The notes beneath the pieces are model-generated. The model saw nothing but the letters and a program-made list of their open reading frames with translations, had not been told where the DNA came from and ran no database searches. A DNA stretch of 64,000 bases from Acidobacteriota bacterium (GTDB lineage: Bacteria > Acidobacteriota > Vicinamibacteria > Vicinamibacterales > 2-12-FULL-66-21): NCBI GenBank assembly GCA_031393955.1, contig JANMWI010000060.1:2694-66693 (forward strand), written 5' to 3'. Made by a program: the position numbers and the translations under genes. Of this stretch, positions 57,442-64,000 are shown piece by piece (the stretch's first letter is position 1; each line of letters opens with the position of its first letter).

Positions 57442-57771
57442 TCAGACGTGCTTGTCGATCATCTTCTTGAGCGAGTCCTTGTCGGCCAGGCCGACGACCT
57501 GCTCGACAATCTGCCCGCCCTTGAACAGCAGCAGCGTCGGAATGCCGCGAATGCTGAACCGGCCGGCCACGGCCGGGTTGTCGTCGACGTTGAGCTTGCC
57601 GATCGTCACGCGACCGTCGTAATCCGTCGCCAGCTCTTCAATCGTCGGGCCCAGTCGCTTGCAGGGGCCGCACCACTCAGCCCAGAAATCCACGAGGACC
57701 GGCTGCGCTGCCTTGATGACGGACTGGTCGAAGTTGGTGTCGGTGAGCGTGGTGACCTTTTCGGATGCCAT
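57442..57771 (-). CDS. trxA: Thioredoxin
   Basis: DFWAEWCGPC and IPT motifs. Confidence 0.97.
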   Translation of the reverse strand: MASEKVTTLTDTNFDQSVIKAAQPVLVDFWAEWCGPCKRLGPTIEELATDYDGRVTIGKLNVDDNPAVAGRFSIRGIPTLLLFKGGQIVEQVVGLADKDSLKKMIDKHV

Positions 57772-59603
57772 TAGGGTGCCTCTGGAGAAAGTTCGGACGC
57801 CGCTTCTTCATACACTTTGACATACTCGCGGGCCGAAACGTCCCAGGAGTACTCATCCTTCATGCCAGCGAGCTGCAACTGCTTCCACGCACTCGGCTTC
57901 TGGAACAGTTCGAGCGCGCGGCGCACCGCCGCCACCAGCCCGGCGGGGCTGAAATCGGAGAATTTGACGCCGTTCGGCGAGGTCTCGCCGGTGTCCCGGA
58001 TCGTATCCCTGAGGCCGCCCGTGGCGTGCACGACCGGCACCGTTCCGTAGCGGAGGCTGTACAACTGGTTCAGCCCGCACGGCTCGAACCGGGACGGCAT
58101 CAGGAAGATGTCGGCGCCTGCCTCGATTTGATGCGCCAGCCGTTCATCGAAGCCGATCGTCGTCGAGACCCGATTCGGATAGCGGGACGCCAGCGCGCGC
58201 CAGGCGTCTTCGTACGGCCGCTCGCCGCTGCCCATCATGACCCAGCCGGCGTCGAGCGCCATGAGGTCGTCGGCCGCGGCGGCGAAGAGGTCGAAACCCT
58301 TCTGATCCGTGAGCCGGGAAATGAGCCCGATCAGCGGCCGTGCCCGCGCGGCGCTGTCGGCCGCGAGGCCGACGGCCTCGAGCAGCCGCGCCTTGGCGCG
58401 AGCCTTTCCGGACAGATCGGCGGCGTTGAAGGAAGCGTCGATCAGGTCGTCGCGCTCCGGGTTCCACCGCTCGGTGTCGATGGCGTTGAGGATGCCGCAG
58501 ATGTCGGCGGCCCGCCGCTGAAGCGTCCCGTCGAGACCGAAGCCGAGCTGCGGCGTGAGAATCTCGCGCGCGTAGGACGGACTGACCGTCGTGATCCGCT
58601 CGCTGAAGTTGATGCCACCCTTGAGGTAGCTGATCTGGCCCCAGTATTCGAGCGCCTGCACGTCCATGACTTCCCAGCCGAGCCCCACCGCCGGCAGCGT
58701 CGCCGGCGGGAAGACGCCCTGGAAGGCCAGATTGTGGATCGTGAAGATCACCGGCACGCGGCCCACCACGGGGTCGTGCGAGAGCTGCATCTTCTGGAAC
58801 ACCGGGACCATGCCGGTCTGCCAGTCGTGGGCGTGAATCACCGCCGGGCGCTCGCCGCGCAGGCGGAGGAACTCGAGGGCGGCGCGGCTGAAGACGGCGA
58901 AGCGCCAGGCATTGTCACCGAAGTCGCCGGCGGCATCGCCGTAGAGACCGTCGCGGTCGAAGAGCCCCGGGCTGTCGACGAACACCGGCGTCACTCCGCC
59001 CCGTGCCGCGCCGACGTGAAAGGTCAGTTCGACGTCACGCTCGCCAAACGTCACCGTGGTGCGCTCGGCACGGGTACCTGCAACCGGCACCGACCGATAG
59101 CGCGGCAGGATCAGCGTGACGCTGTGCCCGAGGCGTCCGAGCGCGTCGGACAACGCGGCGGTGACTTCGGCAAGGCCGCCGGTGTGCGCGAACGGGTGGG
59201 CCTCGGACGTGATGATCGCCACGCGCAACGGCGCGGCCGCCGCCACAGCCGCGGGTGCCGCTGGCGGCGGCGCGATCGGCCTGGACGCCGGCGATTTCGG
59301 CCGGGCCGCCTTCGCGGCACCGGACTCAGGCGACGCTTTCGCCGCGGGACCGGCCGGAGCGGACTTTGTCTTCACGGGCGGCGCGGCTTTCACGGGCACC
59401 GCGGGCTTCGCCGGGACGGCACGCTTCTTCAATGCGGGCTTCGCCGCGGCGGCAGGCTTCTTCGAGGAAAGCTTCGCGGCGGCGGCTGGCTTCGCGGGAG
59501 CAGGGGTCTTCGCGGGAGGAGCGGGCTTCGTGGTTCTTGACGGACCGTCGGAGACTGGCGACTTCGGTCTTGATACTGGACGCTTCTTCTCGGGCATTCG
59601 CAC
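57771..59603 (-). CDS. glgA: Glycogen synthase with a long Ala/Lys/Pro-rich N-terminal extension
   Basis: TGGL, HAHDW, TIHNLAFQG, RLTDQKG and MPSRFEPCGLNQL motifs. Start at 59603 or 59597. Confidence 0.9.
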   Translation of the reverse strand: MRMPEKKRPVSRPKSPVSDGPSRTTKPAPPAKTPAPAKPAAAAKLSSKKPAAAAKPALKKRAVPAKPAVPVKAAPPVKTKSAPAGPAAKASPESGAAKAARPKSPASRPIAPPPAAPAAVAAAAPLRVAIITSEAHPFAHTGGLAEVTAALSDALGRLGHSVTLILPRYRSVPVAGTRAERTTVTFGERDVELTFHVGAARGGVTPVFVDSPGLFDRDGLYGDAAGDFGDNAWRFAVFSRAALEFLRLRGERPAVIHAHDWQTGMVPVFQKMQLSHDPVVGRVPVIFTIHNLAFQGVFPPATLPAVGLGWEVMDVQALEYWGQISYLKGGINFSERITTVSPSYAREILTPQLGFGLDGTLQRRAADICGILNAIDTERWNPERDDLIDASFNAADLSGKARAKARLLEAVGLAADSAARARPLIGLISRLTDQKGFDLFAAAADDLMALDAGWVMMGSGERPYEDAWRALASRYPNRVSTTIGFDERLAHQIEAGADIFLMPSRFEPCGLNQLYSLRYGTVPVVHATGGLRDTIRDTGETSPNGVKFSDFSPAGLVAAVRRALELFQKPSAWKQLQLAGMKDEYSWDVSAREYVKVYEEAASELSPEAP

Positions 59604-59700
59604 TCATGTTATCTGCTCGCGGCGGCGCCATCAATCGGGAAACGCCGGACAGACGCATCGCCGGCGGTACGCGCGCCGAGTTCTGGCATACTGCCGCATC

Positions 59701-62419
59701 GTGAATCGTCCAACCCTCGCCGTCAGACTGCTGATTGCCGCCCTCTGCGCCGTACTGCACCCGGCCGCGATCAGCGCGCAGACAACCACTGCGACGCTCG
59801 CCGGACGCGTCCGATCGCACGACGGCGCGTCGCTCGCCGGCGTGCCGGTCACGCTCGACAGCGATGCTCTCATCGGCCAGACCCGGACGGACGTGACCGG
59901 AGACGACGGCGAGTTCCGGTTCCCCGGCGCTGCCGCCGGGGCGGTACCGCCTGCGGGTGGCCGGGGTCGGCTATCGTCCGGTCGAGGGACCGCTCCAGCT
60001 GCACGCCGGCGGTCGCGTGCGGGTCGACACGGCGCTCGAGACCGGGGGCGTTTCCGACCCGCCCCTGGCGCTGGCGTCTCCAGTTCGCGCCGCGCAGCCG
60101 TCCGTGCTGTCGACGACACTGACGGCAACGGTGCTCGAGACGACGCCGATTGAGCCGCGCACCGGGCCAGGGGCGATGACGCTCGCTCCGGCGATCGACC
60201 AGGCCGACTTCAGCGCCTTCGGTGACGCCGGTGCGGCGGCGAATGGGTACCGAGTCGAAGGCCTCGACGGCAGCGATCCGGAGCGCGGCGCTCCATGGGT
60301 CCGGCCCGCGTACAGCTGGATCGAGGAACAGCACGTCATCGGTCCGGGCGCCGGTGCCGCGTTCGGCGGCTTCACCGGCGTGACGTCGGCGACACTGTTC
60401 CGATCCGGCGGCAGCGTGTTTCACGGGCTTGCCGACGTGCGGTTCCGGAATCAGTCGCTGACCGCCGCCACCGTGTCGCCGGACCTGCTGACCCTCAATC
60501 CCGCGCTGGCGCCGCCGCAGACCGATCTGGTGATCGAATCCTCCGCGCAGATCGGCGGGCCGCTCCGCAGGGGCCGCGCGTGGTTCTTCGCCGGCGTGGA
60601 ATTCGAGCAGGCGCGCGAGACGCCTGCCGGCTATCCTGCCATCCGGCCGGCGGGCATCTCCGTCTCGAACAGGACCGTGCCGTCGCCGTCGGCGAGCTCG
60701 CCGCGGCTGATTTTCAGGCCGACCTGGCGCCGCTCGGACCGCGACACGCTCACCGCGTTCGTGACCGCCGAGCGCGCCACCGGCCAGGCGCGCGACGCCG
60801 GTCCCCGCGTCGCCCCCGAGGCGACGCTCGAAGAACGGGCGCACACGATTGCCTGGGACGCCCGATTCACGCGCATCCTCTCTCCCGCGACCGTGTTCGA
60901 GGCGGGCTATGCGGGTTTTGCGGGCGCCGACGATCGGCAGCCGTATGACGGCGAGACCCCCGGGTGGTACGACGTCGCCGCCGATTACTACGCGGTCAAC
61001 GCGCCCTACTTCTTTGATGCGCGGCGCACCCGGCAGCAGGCGCGGGCGCGGATCTCGAGGCTGATGGGACGGTCCGGCGCCGGCCATGACCTGCAGGCGG
61101 GGATCGACATCGCGCAGAGCGCGGCGCGCAGCGACTACGGCTACCCCGGCGGCCGATCGATCGATGCGGCGGGCGGGGTGCCGCGCTTCGTCTATCTCTG
61201 GGACGGCTCCCGCCGCGACAGCTCGAGCCGGCAGGTCGCCGCTTACGCGGAAGACGGCTGGGGCGCCGGGGCGCGGCTCAGAATAGAGCCCGGGGTGCGC
61301 CTCGAGTGGACCACCGCCAGCAACCGCCACAGCGGCGCCCGCGTCTACGACGCTGTCTCGATCGCGCCGCGGCTCGGGTTCACCTGGCAGGCCGGCGGCG
61401 CCAGCGTCGTCCGCGGCAATTACGGCTGGTATTACGACGACCTCACGCTGGCCCGCGTGGAGGGGCTCGACCCGGGCATCGCGGCGGTCTACGGCGCGCC
61501 GGTCGATCGCCAGCTGCGGATGACGGGCGCCGCGGTGATCGTCGCACCGGCTCCGATCCGCCGGGCGGCGTCCAACCTCGTGCCGCCGCGCCTCAAGCAG
61601 GCGGTGCTCGGCATCGAAGAGCACGTCGGTTCGCGGCTGACCGTCGCCGCCTACGGCATCGATCGGCGCAGCGATCGGTTCGTCGAGGATGTGCTGCCCT
61701 TCAGGAGCGGCGACTTCGTCAAGGCCACCCTGCGCGACCCCGGCCCGGACGGGCTCACCGGTACGGGAGACGAGACCGCCACGGTCCTCGATGTTTACAG
61801 CCAGCTGTCCGATCCGGCGCGCAGCGCGCTCGAGATCACGAATCCCGCCGGGACTCTTCGCAACTATCAGGGGGTTGCCGTGACGGCGTCGGTGACGGCT
61901 GGTGCGCGCGGCTACCTGCAAGGGTCATGGGTGGTCTCGAAGACCACCGGCAACATCGACGGCGACAGCGCGGCGCCGACGGCCGAATACGACGGACCCA
62001 ACACCGACCCCGCCCTGCAGCCGCTGCGCACCGGCCGCGTCTCGGCCGACCGTACGCACATCGCGCGCGCGTTCGGCTCGTACCGGCTCCCGTTCGGCGT
62101 GCTGGTCTCGGCGGCGCTCTTCTACGACAGCGGGCGGACGTTCACGCGCACGCTTGGCGTGCGGGTCAACGAGCGGCGCCTCGATGTCTTCGCCGAGCCG
62201 CGCGGCAGCCAGCGCTACGATCCGGAACGCCGGCTCGACGTCCGGGTGGCCCGCCATTTCCCCGGCCTCCGCCGGGTCGCCCTGTCGGCCGAGGTGTTCA
62301 ACGCGCTCGACGCCGCCACCGTTACGGCGCGGGTGACGCGGTCGGGGCTGCAGTACTTCATGCCGACGGCGGTGACCGCCGGGCGTCGGATTCGCCTCGG
62401 AGCGACGTATCGCTTCTAG
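59701..62419 (+). pseudogene. TonB-dependent receptor (Oar-like) split by a one-base insertion near 59922-59927
   Basis: Frame 1 from GTG 59701 gives signal peptide...GEFRFP. Frame 2 continues ALPPGRYRLRVAG... to ...GATYRF. Removing one base from TTCCCCGGCG restores the typical FRFPALPPGRY. Confidence 0.75.
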
Positions 62420-62471
62420 GGCCGCGCGCGCCGGTGGCGATGCGTCGGTCGGTTGACTTAGAATCCCAGCC

Positions 62472-63317
62472 GTGCCCGAACCCCAGATTCCTCCCCCAGC
62501 CCGATCCGAGTCGCGCGAGATTGCGGAGCTCCGCCGGCTCAAGCAAGCGCAGCCCGATCTCGGCTCCGCGGTCGATCTCCAGGTGGAGCTGCTGCAGCTG
62601 CAGCGCCGCGTCCAGTCGCGCGTCTCGCTGCCGGCCATCCGGCTCGACAAGGACTATCTGAACGGCCTGCTCGGGAAGGGCCCGCTGCTGCAGTTCGAGC
62701 ATCTGCCGATCGACTGGGGAGATCTGCGGTTCCTGCTGCGCGCCACGGCCGCGGCGATGCGCAGCCATGAGGCGCTCGAGGAGCGGGACTTCAGGCGGGT
62801 GGAGGCGCTCTGCCGGGATACCGAGCGGCTGCCGGCGGTGCTGCGCTCGTGGTACGAATCGGCACGGGCCGGCGCTGCGCCCATCACCGAGGAGGCCGCC
62901 GGCCTCGAACCGGTGCTGCTGCAGGCGATGCGCCCCTTCCTGACCCGTTCGGCAGACGCGATCATGGCGATGACCGATCTGATCGGGTGGGTCGGCGGCT
63001 CGTGTCCGCTCTGCGCCGGCGAGCCTGACTTCGCGGTGATCACGCCGGCCGCCGATCGGATTCTGATCTGCGGCCGCTGCTCGGCGCGGTGGCACTTCCA
63101 CCAGCTCACCTGCCCGTTCTGCGCCAATCGGGACCGGAGTCAGATCACGTCGTTCGCCAGCCGGGACGGACAGTACCGGATCTACGCGTGCGACGTCTGT
63201 GAGCGGTATTTGAAGGCGTTCGACGCGAGGCGGGCGTCGCGGCCGGTGATGCCGGCGGTCGACGGCGTCGCGACCCTGCCGCTCGACGCCGCCGCCATCC
63301 AGAAGGGCTACAAGTAG
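62472..63317 (+). CDS. fdhE: Formate dehydrogenase accessory protein FdhE
   Basis: CPLC, CGRC...W, CPFC, CDVC..YLK and ATLPLD....GY motifs. Confidence 0.85.
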   Translation: MPEPQIPPPARSESREIAELRRLKQAQPDLGSAVDLQVELLQLQRRVQSRVSLPAIRLDKDYLNGLLGKGPLLQFEHLPIDWGDLRFLLRATAAAMRSHEALEERDFRRVEALCRDTERLPAVLRSWYESARAGAAPITEEAAGLEPVLLQAMRPFLTRSADAIMAMTDLIGWVGGSCPLCAGEPDFAVITPAADRILICGRCSARWHFHQLTCPFCANRDRSQITSFASRDGQYRIYACDVCERYLKAFDARRASRPVMPAVDGVATLPLDAAAIQKGYK

Positions 63318-63321
63318 CCGC

Positions 63322-64000
63322 TTATTCCTGCTGCTGTGCCTGCTGCTTGACGAACAGCGCCGACGCCTTGTCGGACATCCAGTTGAACAGGTGCCGCGTC
63401 TCCCAGAACCGGCCGGGATTGGAGCGCGCACCGAGCACCACGACCGCCACCTGGTTGCCGGTCGGGAGCCGGAGCAGCGTCGCCAGGCAGTAGCCCGCCT
63501 TGGTGATGAAGCCGGTTTTGCCGCCGAGCACGTCGATGTCCCCGCCCATCACCAGCCGGTTGGTGCTGTGGATGCTGATGGTCCGCCGGTCGGTCGGAAA
63601 GCTGTAGGTCGCCGTCCGCATGATCGGCGCGATCCGCTCGTCTGAGGCCGCGAACGAAATCAGCCGGGAGAGATCGTAGGCTGACGAGACATTGGCCGGA
63701 TTGAGACCGGACGGATCGGCGAACGTAGTGGCCTCGAGCCCGAGCTCCAGCGCCTTTTCGTTCATCCGTTCGACAAAGGCGGCGGTGCCGCCATGCGACA
63801 CACGGGCGAGGATGCGCGCGGCGGCATTGTCCGAGGCAATCAGCGTCAGGTGCAGGACGTCGCCGAGCTTGAGACGGTCGTTCGCCTTGAGATGGGTCGT
63901 CGACGCCGCGTAGACATCGCCGCGCTCGACCGTCACCGTCTGATCGAGATCCGGATTGTCCTCGAGAAAGACGACGCTGGTCATGACCTTGGTGATGCTG
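63322..64000 (-). CDS. Peptidase S11 D-alanyl-D-alanine carboxypeptidase/endopeptidase (PbpG-like), 5' partial
   Basis: SITK (SxxK) at the window edge, SDN, MN.KA..LG, and KTGF motifs. Confidence 0.9.
   Translation of the reverse strand, partial: SITKVMTSVVFLEDNPDLDQTVTVERGDVYAASTTHLKANDRLKLGDVLHLTLIASDNAAARILARVSHGGTAAFVERMNEKALELGLEATTFADPSGLNPANVSSAYDLSRLISFAASDERIAPIMRTATYSFPTDRRTISIHSTNRLVMGGDIDVLGGKTGFITKAGYCLATLLRLPTGNQVAVVVLGARSNPGRFWETRHLFNWMSDKASALFVKQQAQQQE

Overview
GC-rich bacterial chromosome segment, probably Acidobacteriota (Vicinamibacteria-like). That placement is inferred from the Oar-type TonB-dependent receptors and gene content, not from a marker-gene search. The left part (1-23.4 kb) is accessory-type: a sugar-uptake cluster, an M28 peptidase, a Met/His-rich outer-membrane protein/cytochrome c operon preceded by a Cys/His-rich leader ORF, an ABC exporter facing two phosphoesterase paralogs, a MarR-TPR-ClC unit and a carboxylesterase, ending at tRNA-Pro(GGG). 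The right part is mostly housekeeping: der, HU, priA, udg, coaBC, gmk, yicC, a surface-polysaccharide locus, hflX, tsaC, DUF62, bactofilin, iscS-mnmA, trxAB, glgA, a frameshifted TonB receptor, fdhE and a partial S11 peptidase. I saw no CRISPR array, rRNA, integrase or transposase. Best novelty candidates: (1) a putative metal-sensing CruR/DUF2946-like leader peptide controlling the metal/cytochrome c operon; (2) a DUF62 enzyme with Glu in place of the catalytic His, next to a methyltransferase-like gene and bactofilin; (3) the ABC exporter/lipoprotein/twin phosphoesterase module; (4) inverted heptamer-repeat cassettes. All family calls come from recognising motifs by eye; no database searches were run.
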